Of a stretch of 64,000 nucleotides of DNA, positions 1 to 8,724 are shown one piece after another (position 1 is the stretch's first letter; each line of letters begins with the position of its first letter). The position numbers and the translations under genes are program-made. The notes under the pieces are model-generated. The model was not told the origin of the DNA. It saw nothing but the letters and a program-made list of their open reading frames with translations, and made no database searches. The DNA is from a virus: positions 46,272-110,271 of the IMG/VR virus record IMGVR_UViG_3300021560_000013; one strand, written 5' to 3'.

Positions 1-1598
1 CGGGGGTTGGGCCTGCGGGCACGAACATCACCATGTACGCGTCGATCTACAAGAACGGCGCAGGCTACGGCACGATCAGCCGCGCCACCGAGACCAGCAC
101 TGACGGCTGGGCCTCTGTCGGCGGCTCGGACCTGATCCCGTGCAACGCCGGGGACTACCTTCAGCTTTACTACTACACCTCGGGCGCGTGGAATAACACG
201 AGCGCGCAGTTCGCCGTCGCCCAGGTCGGCAATCAGATGGCGATCCCCGCGAGCACCGTGTGCGCACGCGGGTATCGCAACGCTGCGTTCAGCCTCAGCG
301 GCCCCGGCTGGACGAAGGTGCCGATCGACACCGCCGCCTTCGACACGAGCGGCGCGGTGCAGGCCGCGAATGGTCGGCTGGTCGCTCCCGTCGCGGGCTA
401 CTACCAGGTCCAGGCGGACGTGGCGCTGAACGCCACGTCCTCCTTGACCTTCAGCCTGCTGATCTCGCTCTACAAGAACGGTGCCGAGGTGTCACGCGGC
501 ACCGAGTCGAATATCTCCATGAACGCGACCAACGGGCGCGGGCAGAACGTCACCGACATCGTCTACTGCAACGCCGGTGACTACTTGGAGATGTACGTCT
601 ACAACAGCTACGGCTCACTTGCGCTGAGCGTCGGTAGCCCCTTGTACAACTACCTGTCGATGGCGCTGCTCACGCCGCTGTCGGGCACGGCGGGGCCGAC
701 GAGTGCCGCGAGGGCGTACCGCAACGCTGCGTACACGCTGCCAGCGAATGGCTGGCAGAAGATCCCGATCGACACGAAAGACTTCGATCCGGGCAACAAC
801 ATCAGCACGTCAGCGAATCGCTACACGGCTCCCGCCACCGGCTACTACCAGGTGAACGGGGAGGTGGCGCTCGGTCCGACGACCGGGAACATCAGCGTGA
901 TGGTCCACTCGGCCATTTACGTCAACGGCACCTACGTGCGCAGCGGCACGGTCGTATCCAACTCCGACAACAACGGCTACATGCGCGCGGGCGTGGCCGA
1001 CATCCTCTCGCTGAACGCCGGGGACTACGTCGAGCTTTGGTGCTACTCGCTGACCGCGTACGCGCTGCTTGTCGGCCCGAGCTACAACTACCTCAGCGTC
1101 ACGCAGGTCGGCAACTCGATGCAGTTCAAGTCGGCGGGCGGCGACCTGACCGGCAACTACCCGACCCCCCAGCTAGCCCCGCCGCGCGGACGAACCCAGA
1201 TCGGCGGCATGAGCGGGCTGGCGAACACGACATCACTGGCGATGACCTTTGTCGGCACCCCAACCACCGGGAACGGGATGACGGTGAGCGGCAACGGCTT
1301 CAAGGTGCCGACAAAGGGCTACTACCGGGTGCAGGCGGTCGAGACGATCGCGTCGCTCACGCCTGCTGCCACTAGTTACATCCAACTCGGTTTCACGGTC
1401 AACGGAGCGAATGTGCCGAACCCAGGAACGTTCACCACCGGTCTCACTGCCGCCGCCACGGGCTACCCATCAGTCACGGCATTCGAGCAGCTTTCCCTGA
1501 ACGCGGGCGACGTGGTCGGCGTGACCTTCTACAACGGCTCGGGTGCCGCGACGAGCGGGAACGCGGGCATCTTCACGATTGAGTACATCGGACAGTGA
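1..1598 (+). CDS. Tail fibre/receptor-binding protein with tandem C1q/TNF-like domains (5'-truncated)
   Basis: Frame open from window start; repeats ARxYRNAA...GWxKxPIDT..FD...APxxGYYQV...LNAGDYxEL; next to baseplate genes. Confidence 0.75.
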   Translation, partial: GVGPAGTNITMYASIYKNGAGYGTISRATETSTDGWASVGGSDLIPCNAGDYLQLYYYTSGAWNNTSAQFAVAQVGNQMAIPASTVCARGYRNAAFSLSGPGWTKVPIDTAAFDTSGAVQAANGRLVAPVAGYYQVQADVALNATSSLTFSLLISLYKNGAEVSRGTESNISMNATNGRGQNVTDIVYCNAGDYLEMYVYNSYGSLALSVGSPLYNYLSMALLTPLSGTAGPTSAARAYRNAAYTLPANGWQKIPIDTKDFDPGNNISTSANRYTAPATGYYQVNGEVALGPTTGNISVMVHSAIYVNGTYVRSGTVVSNSDNNGYMRAGVADILSLNAGDYVELWCYSLTAYALLVGPSYNYLSVTQVGNSMQFKSAGGDLTGNYPTPQLAPPRGRTQIGGMSGLANTTSLAMTFVGTPTTGNGMTVSGNGFKVPTKGYYRVQAVETIASLTPAATSYIQLGFTVNGANVPNPGTFTTGLTAAATGYPSVTAFEQLSLNAGDVVGVTFYNGSGAATSGNAGIFTIEYIGQ

Positions 1599-1975
1599 TG
1601 CCGACTTACGCGATGGTCACGAAGCACGCGCCGCGACAGGTGGTCAGCCTGTTCGACAGCCCCCTCGCCGCCGACGACCCGTTCCTCGTCCCCTACGGCC
1701 TGGACCAGTGGCCGATCGACGTGACCAGCCTGAGCCCCCAGCCGCAGCCCGGCTGGTCCTACGACGGCGTGGCGTTCACTGAGCCGGGGCCGATGCGCAA
1801 CCGGCGGCAGATCATGGCGAAGATGACCCAGATGCTTCAGCGCAACCAGGACTTCCTGGCGATCCAGACGCCGACGAACGCCCAGGTCGTCCAGGCGGTG
1901 CAGGCGCTGACGAGAGAGGTCACGATGCTGATCCGGATCGTGGCCGACCAGCTGGACACAACGGACGGAACATAG
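1598..1975 (+). CDS. Putative tail fibre assembly chaperone
   Basis: Small ORF coupled (TGATG) to fibre gene; PQPGWSYDG motif then helical C-terminus. Confidence 0.5.
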   Translation: MPTYAMVTKHAPRQVVSLFDSPLAADDPFLVPYGLDQWPIDVTSLSPQPQPGWSYDGVAFTEPGPMRNRRQIMAKMTQMLQRNQDFLAIQTPTNAQVVQAVQALTREVTMLIRIVADQLDTTDGT

Positions 1976-1983
1976 GAGGAGAG

Positions 1984-2286
1984 ATGGAGTTTCAGGCAAC
2001 GTTCTCGTTCGAGGCCGACAGCCCGGAGGACGCGCACGAGCAGATCAGCCAGTGGGTGGTTACGCCCGGCTCAATCCTGATGCACGTCACGCACAACCCG
2101 CCACGGGTGGTCCACCAGCCGTTCGTGGTCGAGTCCGGCGTGGTGGCCGAGCACATCCCCGCGTTCGAGGACTCCTCCGCGCCGCCGCTGCCGATCATGC
2201 CGCCCCCGCCCGAGGAGGTCTCGCCCTTCGCCGCACCGGCGGGCCATCCGATGCCTCCCGCCCCTCACACCCATAACGGAGGGTAG
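1984..2286 (+). CDS. Hypothetical protein, Pro-rich C-terminus
   Basis: Strong RBS AGGAGG; N-terminus resembles that of 54094..54642. Confidence 0.6.
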   Translation: MEFQATFSFEADSPEDAHEQISQWVVTPGSILMHVTHNPPRVVHQPFVVESGVVAEHIPAFEDSSAPPLPIMPPPPEEVSPFAAPAGHPMPPAPHTHNGG

Positions 2287-2288
2287 GC

Positions 2289-2816
2289 GTGAGCACAACC
2301 GAGCCCAACGCGCTCGACTACGACCTGATCCCGCCCGATCCGGGGCTGATCAACCCGGATCTCGCGCTCGACGCTGCGCTCGCGCCGGTCGAGACGGTGG
2401 ACCCGGACGCGCCGATCCCGTTCGGGCGCAGCTGGCGGTTCGACTTCGAGGCCGGGCAGTTCGTCAAGGATGGGACCGCCCCGCAGGAGACCTACGAGCT
2501 TGACTCGCTGATTGTGTGGGTCGAGAAGACCTGCCGGACCGCCCGGTACGCGCACCCGATCTACTCGGACGCCTACGGCGTGGACGGCGGGGAGATCATC
2601 GGCATGCAGGTGGACGACGAACTGCTTGCCGCCTACCAGGACGCGATCACCGAGGCTCTGCTCGTCCACGACCGGATCACCGCTGTGCAGGACTTCGGGT
2701 TCGACATGGATCCGTTTGACGAGGCGCTCTACGCCAGCTTTACGGTGATCCTGGACACCGCCCCGCCGTTCGAGGCCCAGCCCCTGGAGTTCTCCAACAT
2801 GCCCGTCGCGACATGA
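2289..2816 (+). CDS. Baseplate wedge protein (XkdS/gp25-like)
   Basis: W.FDFE.G.F, WVEK...T.RY..PIYS..YG, ITEALL..DRI..V.DF motifs; upstream of baseplate J. Confidence 0.85.
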   Translation: MSTTEPNALDYDLIPPDPGLINPDLALDAALAPVETVDPDAPIPFGRSWRFDFEAGQFVKDGTAPQETYELDSLIVWVEKTCRTARYAHPIYSDAYGVDGGEIIGMQVDDELLAAYQDAITEALLVHDRITAVQDFGFDMDPFDEALYASFTVILDTAPPFEAQPLEFSNMPVAT

Positions 2817-4927
2817 CCGACGTAGTCGATCTCACCGAAGTCTTCTCCGAGACGCTCGCCCGCGTCCGAGCCCGCATGGACGCCGACGCGAACGCCGGGC
2901 TGACCCAGGACGACCCGGCGTGGATCGACCTGCGTGAGGGCACGTTCTACTGGGACATGACCCAGCCTGCGGCGATGGAGTGCGCTCGGCTGTGGGACGC
3001 CATGACCGAGACCGTCGCCGCCGCGTTCCCGTCCACGGCGTGGGGCGACTACCTGGACGAGCACGGCACCACGTTCAGCCTCACGCGCACCCCGGCAGCA
3101 CCGGCGACGGGCTACCTGTTGTTCATCGCGAGCGCGGCGACGCTGATCGCAGCGGGCGTCCAGGCGTCCACGTCGGCGTCATCCACGGGGGACGTGACGA
3201 CGTTCGCCACGACCGCGTCCGGCACGACGAGCGCGCCGCTGGCGATCCCGTCGAGCGTGGCGGTGGGTGTTGCGCAGTCCGGCGGCTACCTGACCGCCGG
3301 AACGCGCTACTACCACGTCACGGCGGTCAACCAGTACGGCGAGACGACGGGCTCGGCGGACCAGTCGGGTGTCACGACGAGCGCGGTGGGCGTGAACACG
3401 CTGACCTGGGCGGCGGTGCCGGGCGACTTCTCGAACCTTGTCGTCAACCCGAACTTCGAGTACGACACGACGGGCGCGGCACCGGCGGCATGGATCTCAG
3501 GCACCGGCGCGGGCGGTGCCGTCACGGTGTTCCAATGCCAGGGCGGCTGGGCGTCCGTCGGCACGAAGTCGGCGCGGCTGACCGGCACCGTGCCGCAGGC
3601 CGGTGGGCAGATCTCGGCCCAGTGTCCGGCTTCGGCCACGTCGCTCGCCGTCCAGCCCGGCGTGCCCTACACGCTGAGCATCGCCGCGAACGCCTTGACG
3701 CTCCCGTCGGGCGTGAACGCATACCCGCAGATCAACTGGTACACGTCGGCAGGCGTCTTCATCTCGGCCAACACGGGTACCGGCGCGAGCGGTCGCCTCA
3801 CAGCGGCGGGGATCGGGCGCGTGACCGTCACGGGCACCTCTCCGAGCAACGCCGCCTACGCCATCCCGCTCTTCGTGATCAACAACAGCAACGCGTCCGG
3901 CGGCACGCTCACGGTTGACGCCTACTTCGACGCCGTCCTGTTCGCGCAGACCGGCGCGTTCACCGCCTACACCGACGGGGACCAGCCGAGCATGGCCTGG
4001 GCAGGCACGCCGGGCAACAGCGTCTCGAACCCGACCGTCGGCCCGATCACCTACAACGTCTACACCACGCAGACGGCGAACTCGATGGGCGCGCTCCTCG
4101 CGAGCGTCACGACCACGAACTACACCGACAACGGCACGGTCACGCCCAACGCGTCGCTCCAGGAGCCGCAGATCAACACCACCTCCGGGGTGCTGCTCGC
4201 CGCGCAGGCGGTCACGCCCGGCAGCGCCGGGAACGTCGGCGCTGGCGCGGTCGCCTCGCTCGATACGGTGATCCCCGCCGTGATGTCAGTCACGAACCCG
4301 AGCCCGATGCAGGGCGGCTCGGAGGAGGAGGCCGACGACGACTTCCGCGATCGCATCCTCGGGGAGTACGTCGGCACTTCGGGCGGCGGCAACAGCGTGG
4401 ACTACAAGCGCTGGGCCGCGTCGCAGGGCATCGAGCGCACCACGGTTGCGCCGGTCTGGAACGGGGCGGGCACGGTCCTGGTGATCGCGATGAACAACGA
4501 CGGCTCGCCGGTCTCCAGCCAGACCGTGACGAACCTTCAGGCGTTCCTCGACCCGTTCGCCGGTCAGGGCGCGGGCCAGGCTCCGATCGGCGCGACGGTC
4601 ACGGTCACCACCTCGACGGTCCGGACGATCACGATCAGCGCCGGGGTGAAGGGCGAGACCGGCTACACGCTCGACGGCACGGCGGGCACGATCGCGACAC
4701 GGGCGGCGATCATGTCCGCGCTGACCGCCTACCTGACCAGCCTGCAGCCGGGCGACACGCTCGTCTACACGCACGCGCTCGCGACGTTCTTCGTCACCGG
4801 CGTCCACCAGGTCATCAACCTCCAGATCAACGGCGGGTCGAGCGACATCACGCTCGGTGGACTGACGCCCCCGACGCCGACGCCCCAGATCGCGAGCCTC
4901 GGTGCGGTGACGCTGACCGACGCCTGA
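2813..4927 (+). CDS. Baseplate J-like protein (XkdT) with inserted beta-sandwich/CBM-like domains
   Basis: D.REG.FYWD, TAWGDYLD, GG.EEE.D..FRDRI, GGN..DYKRWA, PVWNG.GTV motifs. Confidence 0.9.
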   Translation: MTDVVDLTEVFSETLARVRARMDADANAGLTQDDPAWIDLREGTFYWDMTQPAAMECARLWDAMTETVAAAFPSTAWGDYLDEHGTTFSLTRTPAAPATGYLLFIASAATLIAAGVQASTSASSTGDVTTFATTASGTTSAPLAIPSSVAVGVAQSGGYLTAGTRYYHVTAVNQYGETTGSADQSGVTTSAVGVNTLTWAAVPGDFSNLVVNPNFEYDTTGAAPAAWISGTGAGGAVTVFQCQGGWASVGTKSARLTGTVPQAGGQISAQCPASATSLAVQPGVPYTLSIAANALTLPSGVNAYPQINWYTSAGVFISANTGTGASGRLTAAGIGRVTVTGTSPSNAAYAIPLFVINNSNASGGTLTVDAYFDAVLFAQTGAFTAYTDGDQPSMAWAGTPGNSVSNPTVGPITYNVYTTQTANSMGALLASVTTTNYTDNGTVTPNASLQEPQINTTSGVLLAAQAVTPGSAGNVGAGAVASLDTVIPAVMSVTNPSPMQGGSEEEADDDFRDRILGEYVGTSGGGNSVDYKRWAASQGIERTTVAPVWNGAGTVLVIAMNNDGSPVSSQTVTNLQAFLDPFAGQGAGQAPIGATVTVTTSTVRTITISAGVKGETGYTLDGTAGTIATRAAIMSALTAYLTSLQPGDTLVYTHALATFFVTGVHQVINLQINGGSSDITLGGLTPPTPTPQIASLGAVTLTDA

Positions 4928-6186
4928 TGGCTGCCGTCAACCTCACCCCCAGCGCCGGTGCTGCCACCCAGGCGCTCGTGACGCTGTACGCGCCCGCGAA
5001 GGTGTTCTTCACCGCGAGCGCAGCTGCCGCCACGGCAGCGCTCGCCTCGCCGTCCACGCCGGTCACCGGCAACGGGCTGCCCCAGTCGATCGACCCGCTG
5101 GCGATCTTCTCCGACGTGAACACGCCCGACTTGGAGCCGCCGGATCTGCTGTCCGAGGTGCCGCCCTTCGAGCAGAACTCCTACGAGATCCAGGCGGTGC
5201 TCGGCGTTGTCGCGAACGAGCTAGCGCGGATCGAGGCGGCGCAGCAGGCGCTCGTGAACAACTTCTTCCCAGCGTCCGCCGACGCGCTGCTGCCGATCTT
5301 CGAGTCGCTGCTCGGCCTTCCGGTCGCCCCGCCGGGGCTCGACATCGGCACACGCCAGCAGATCGTGCTCGCGTACATGCAGCGGCTGAAGTCAGGCGGG
5401 CGCGGCCTGGACTGGATCAACGCGCTGAGCGCGCTGGCGGGCGTGAGCTTCACCTACCAGGAGCACCTCACCAACCCGATCACGAACCTCTGCACCAACG
5501 GCTCGTTCGAGCAGGACGTGGTCGGTGCCCTGCCCGCCGGGTGGAACACCGCCCCCGGCTACTGGATCAACACGGGCGCGACAGTCACCAAGCAGACGAC
5601 AGGCGGCGGCTATGTCGGCGCGAGCGCGATGCGGATCGTCACGCCCGGCGTCACCACACTGACCGGGGCGAAGTTTCCGATCAATGTGACCGCCGGTCAG
5701 CCGATGACGGTCAGCGCCGCGTTCAAGGGCGCTGCCGGGGGCGAGCAGATCCAGCTGGGCATCGGAGACGCGGTTGTCGGCTGGGCGTCAACCGCCGCCG
5801 TCACGCTGAGCACCGGCTGGCAGGTCTTGACCACCACGCTCACGCCGACGGCCAGCGGCTCGACCTTCGTCGGGATCCGACAGAACCAGGCGAGCTACCC
5901 GGCGGTCACGTTCTACGTGGACGCCGTGATGCTCGTCAACGGCTCCTCGGCCCCGGCCTACGCCGACGGCGATTCGCTCGGCTACCAGTGGTCCGGCGCG
6001 GCGGGGAACAGCACCAGCTTCCAGTCCTCGCCGCCCGCGAACACCGTCCTGGTCAAGATCCCGTCGGCGCTCGCCGGTGTCGGCTGGCCGTACATCCGCG
6101 ACATCACCCCGGCTCACATCGCGATCCAGCAGGGCTACACCGACGGGTTCTTCGTCGGCATCACGAACATCGGGAGCAACCTATGA
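4927..6186 (+). CDS. Baseplate protein (XkdU/YmfQ-like) with inserted CBM-like domain
   Basis: FFPASAD.LLPIFE.LLGLP at N-terminus, PAHI at C-terminus; follows baseplate J. Confidence 0.8.
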   Translation: MAAVNLTPSAGAATQALVTLYAPAKVFFTASAAAATAALASPSTPVTGNGLPQSIDPLAIFSDVNTPDLEPPDLLSEVPPFEQNSYEIQAVLGVVANELARIEAAQQALVNNFFPASADALLPIFESLLGLPVAPPGLDIGTRQQIVLAYMQRLKSGGRGLDWINALSALAGVSFTYQEHLTNPITNLCTNGSFEQDVVGALPAGWNTAPGYWINTGATVTKQTTGGGYVGASAMRIVTPGVTTLTGAKFPINVTAGQPMTVSAAFKGAAGGEQIQLGIGDAVVGWASTAAVTLSTGWQVLTTTLTPTASGSTFVGIRQNQASYPAVTFYVDAVMLVNGSSAPAYADGDSLGYQWSGAAGNSTSFQSSPPANTVLVKIPSALAGVGWPYIRDITPAHIAIQQGYTDGFFVGITNIGSNL

Positions 6187-7316
6187 GCAAGCACCGCCAG
6201 CTGGTCTACGGCGCGCCCATTCCCCAGGACTTCCTGGACGCGCTCCAGGAGTTCATCGGCATGGCCCACTCGGGCCTGCAGCTGTCCGTCGTCACGCCGG
6301 GCACCGCCAGCCAGCCCGCCAACCAGGTGCAGGTCGCTGCCGCGTCCGGCAACAGCCAGGTCGGCATCGCGATCAACGGACTGTGGCGCTACGTCGCCTC
6401 ACCGCCCGCGCCGATCTCGATCTCGGGCGCGCCCGGCACCTACGACATCTTCGCCTGCACCGGCAACAACAGCTTCAGCGTCAACGCGACGCCACCGCCG
6501 CCCGAGCTTGACGCGACCGACTACACGTTCACACTCCAGGCGCTCCCCCAGGGCAGCACGCCGACGAGCCCGCCGAACTACCGCAAGATCGGGGAGTGCG
6601 TGTTCGACGGCACGCGGATCCTGTACCTGCGCCAGACGCTCGGCGGCGGCGACAGCTACCGCCAGTTCCAGGCGGGCGACCTGAAGCTGTCCGCCGTCGC
6701 GAGCCCGCCGCCGGGCTGGCTGCTGTGCGACGGGACCGCGTACAGCCGGGCGACGTACGGCGTCCTCTACGCCGCCCTGGGAGGGTCAGCCTCGCCGCAC
6801 GGCCAGGGAGACGGCTCGACTACCTTCAACGTGCCGGACTACAAAGGCCGCGTTCCGATGGGCGTCGGCACCGCCGCCGGGGCAGCCGGGGCTACCAGCC
6901 ACACGCTCGGAGCCAAGGGCGGCGAGGAGACCCACGTACTGCAGAACGCCGAGATGCCCAGCCACAGCCACGGCGGCTTCGACGGCTACGCCTCGACCGA
7001 CCACTACCACTACGGCGGCACCAGCAACGACTCGCCCGACCATGCGCACAACCTGTCGCTCTCGGCCAACAACTCGCCCGTCACCCAGTCGGGCGGGCAG
7101 GGTTGCGCGACGATCGGCGGCGGGTCGAGCACCAGCGGCGCGACCGCCCGGCACTCGCACACGTTCACGACCTGGTGGCAGTCCCAGACGCGCAACAGCT
7201 ACGACGGCTCGGTCTCCGACCCGAACCACCGTCACGCGATCAGCGCCGACGGCGGCAGCGGCCCTCACAACACGCTGATGCCGTACACCACCTGCAACGT
7301 ATTCATCAAGTTCTAG
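6183..7316 (+). CDS. Tail fibre protein with phage tail-collar domain
   Basis: PPGWLLCDG...GDGSTTFNVPDYKGR, GGEETH.L...EMPSHSH, HNT.MPY; ATG overlaps upstream stop (ATGA), so the 5541 start is rejected. Confidence 0.9.
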   Translation: MSKHRQLVYGAPIPQDFLDALQEFIGMAHSGLQLSVVTPGTASQPANQVQVAAASGNSQVGIAINGLWRYVASPPAPISISGAPGTYDIFACTGNNSFSVNATPPPPELDATDYTFTLQALPQGSTPTSPPNYRKIGECVFDGTRILYLRQTLGGGDSYRQFQAGDLKLSAVASPPPGWLLCDGTAYSRATYGVLYAALGGSASPHGQGDGSTTFNVPDYKGRVPMGVGTAAGAAGATSHTLGAKGGEETHVLQNAEMPSHSHGGFDGYASTDHYHYGGTSNDSPDHAHNLSLSANNSPVTQSGGQGCATIGGGSSTSGATARHSHTFTTWWQSQTRNSYDGSVSDPNHRHAISADGGSGPHNTLMPYTTCNVFIKF

Positions 7317-7359
7317 CTCACGACGTAACACATGCTGCGCGCTCGTGTATCCTGTGAGC

Positions 7360-7441
7360 ACACGAGGACCCCGAACGCAACTCTCCTCGGTCGGGATTGA
7401 AACGTCCGGGCCTCTGAAACGGCTCCTACGGGAGCCGTTTC
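7360..7441 (+). ncRNA. Candidate antisense sRNA complementary to the shared RBS motif CCCGACCGAGGAG
   Basis: TATCCT -10 at 7348-7353; CTCTCCTCGGTCGGG at 7381-7395; ends in hairpin terminator. Confidence 0.55.
7416..7441. terminator. Likely bidirectional intrinsic terminator
   Basis: GAAACGGCTCC-TACG-GGAGCCGTTTC perfect 11-bp stem, UNCG loop, between convergent operons. Confidence 0.8.
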
Positions 7442-7490
7442 GCCTTCCAGGGCCAGGTACCGGGTGGGGGCTCGGAGGGGCGCAGCGGGC

Positions 7491-7802
7491 TCAGGCGGCG
7501 CTCTGGGGGGCCTTCTGGGGCCATAGCCCCGCCATCCGCTCGCGCGCCCCGGCGGTCGTCCAGATCGTCACACCGAATGACGGCGGCGAGCCGATCCGGC
7601 ACTCGCCTTCGAGCGTCAGCCACTCCAGGCGCGGCCTGCCGTCCCGGTCCTCCAGGTCCATCGGGTCAAGGCACCGGCGGCGCGTCTCCGGATCGCTGGA
7701 GCGGTAGTCGCCCGTCCGGTGGATGTCGAACGCCTCGACGGAGTGGAAGTGCCTGCCGCAGGCACTGCAATGGTTGGTGCAGGTGACGGTCTTAGCTGGC
7801 AA
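7491..7802 (-). CDS. FDxHR-type zinc-binding protein
   Basis: HCSACGRHF.S..AFDIHR...RCLDP. Confidence 0.7.
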   Translation of the reverse strand: MPAKTVTCTNHCSACGRHFHSVEAFDIHRTGDYRSSDPETRRRCLDPMDLEDRDGRPRLEWLTLEGECRIGSPPSFGVTIWTTAGARERMAGLWPQKAPQSAA

Positions 7803-8724
7803 CGGGCTCCTCGACCGCCTCGCCCTCGATCGGGATCGAGCCCCCGTTGCGCAGCACGAAGTCCGTTACCTCCTGCAGGATCTCCGTCCGCTTCGCCAGG
7901 TCCGCCCCGGCGAGCTTCAGCCGCACCTTCTGGGGTAGGAATGATCCGGGCCGGACACGGTTCGCCTCAGCGAACGCCACCTGCAGCTGTCGGGCAAGCT
8001 CGTCGTCCGGCCCCCAGTCAGGCTCCTGGTCGATCGGCGCGCCCAGGTCGATGATCCCGCCGAGCTTCTCGTCGTAGCGTGCGCCCACCTCGTCCTCGGG
8101 GATCAGCCCGGTGATCGAGAACTGCTTGCGGAGCACCATCGACTCGGCGCACTTCAGGATCATCGCGTCCGGGTACTTGCCCCAGGACTTCTTCATGTTC
8201 GGGCGGTTGTACTGGGCGAACTTCGCCAGGAAGAACGTCGGCACGCGCACGCCCCGGTAGCACATCGCCCACGCGCCGACGATGTTGCCCTTCAGCCGCT
8301 CCTCGGCGGCGATCTCGTCGTAGGTGTGGACGAACCCATCCTTGGTGCGGGCGATCTTGTCGGTGGCGTAGATCACGTCGCCGTTCATCCCGCCGAAGTC
8401 GTCGTAGCGGTTCGCGATCGCGAGCAGCCCGTCGCGCGAGACGATTGTCACCCACGTCGGCTCCTCGCCGTCGCGGCCCGGCATCTTCGCCAGGTACACC
8501 TGCCCGGCGAACGGGTCGAGCTTGTAGCGCCCCGTCAGTTCGAGGAACATCAGGAACGCGTTGTCGTCCGCGCCGCGAGCGACCGTCCGCTTCATCAGCG
8601 CCAGCTGCTCGTTGTCGAACGCGAACCGCGCCGGACGCGTCAGCGGCGTCGGCATCGCGCGGACGATCATGCCGGGGTTGTCGCCCGGCGGGGCCTCCGG
8701 GGGGGCTGTCTCGGTCTCAGCCAT
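7792..8724 (-). CDS. bet: Bet/RecT-family single-strand annealing recombinase
   Basis: FL......LDPF..QVY, IVSRDG...IA, GAWA..YR, W...P..MI.KCAE...LRK.F. Confidence 0.85.
   Translation of the reverse strand: MAETETAPPEAPPGDNPGMIVRAMPTPLTRPARFAFDNEQLALMKRTVARGADDNAFLMFLELTGRYKLDPFAGQVYLAKMPGRDGEEPTWVTIVSRDGLLAIANRYDDFGGMNGDVIYATDKIARTKDGFVHTYDEIAAEERLKGNIVGAWAMCYRGVRVPTFFLAKFAQYNRPNMKKSWGKYPDAMILKCAESMVLRKQFSITGLIPEDEVGARYDEKLGGIIDLGAPIDQEPDWGPDDELARQLQVAFAEANRVRPGSFLPQKVRLKLAGADLAKRTEILQEVTDFVLRNGGSIPIEGEAVEEPVAS

Noticed and set aside
5541-6182. 5' extension of ORF 5541..7316
   Set aside because: Overlaps the XkdU-like gene in another frame; the real start is the coupled ATG at 6183
7320-7380. 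20-codon minus-strand peptide after CCCGACCGAGGAG
   Set aside because: SD-to-TTG spacing only 2 nt and a terminator lies upstream on that strand
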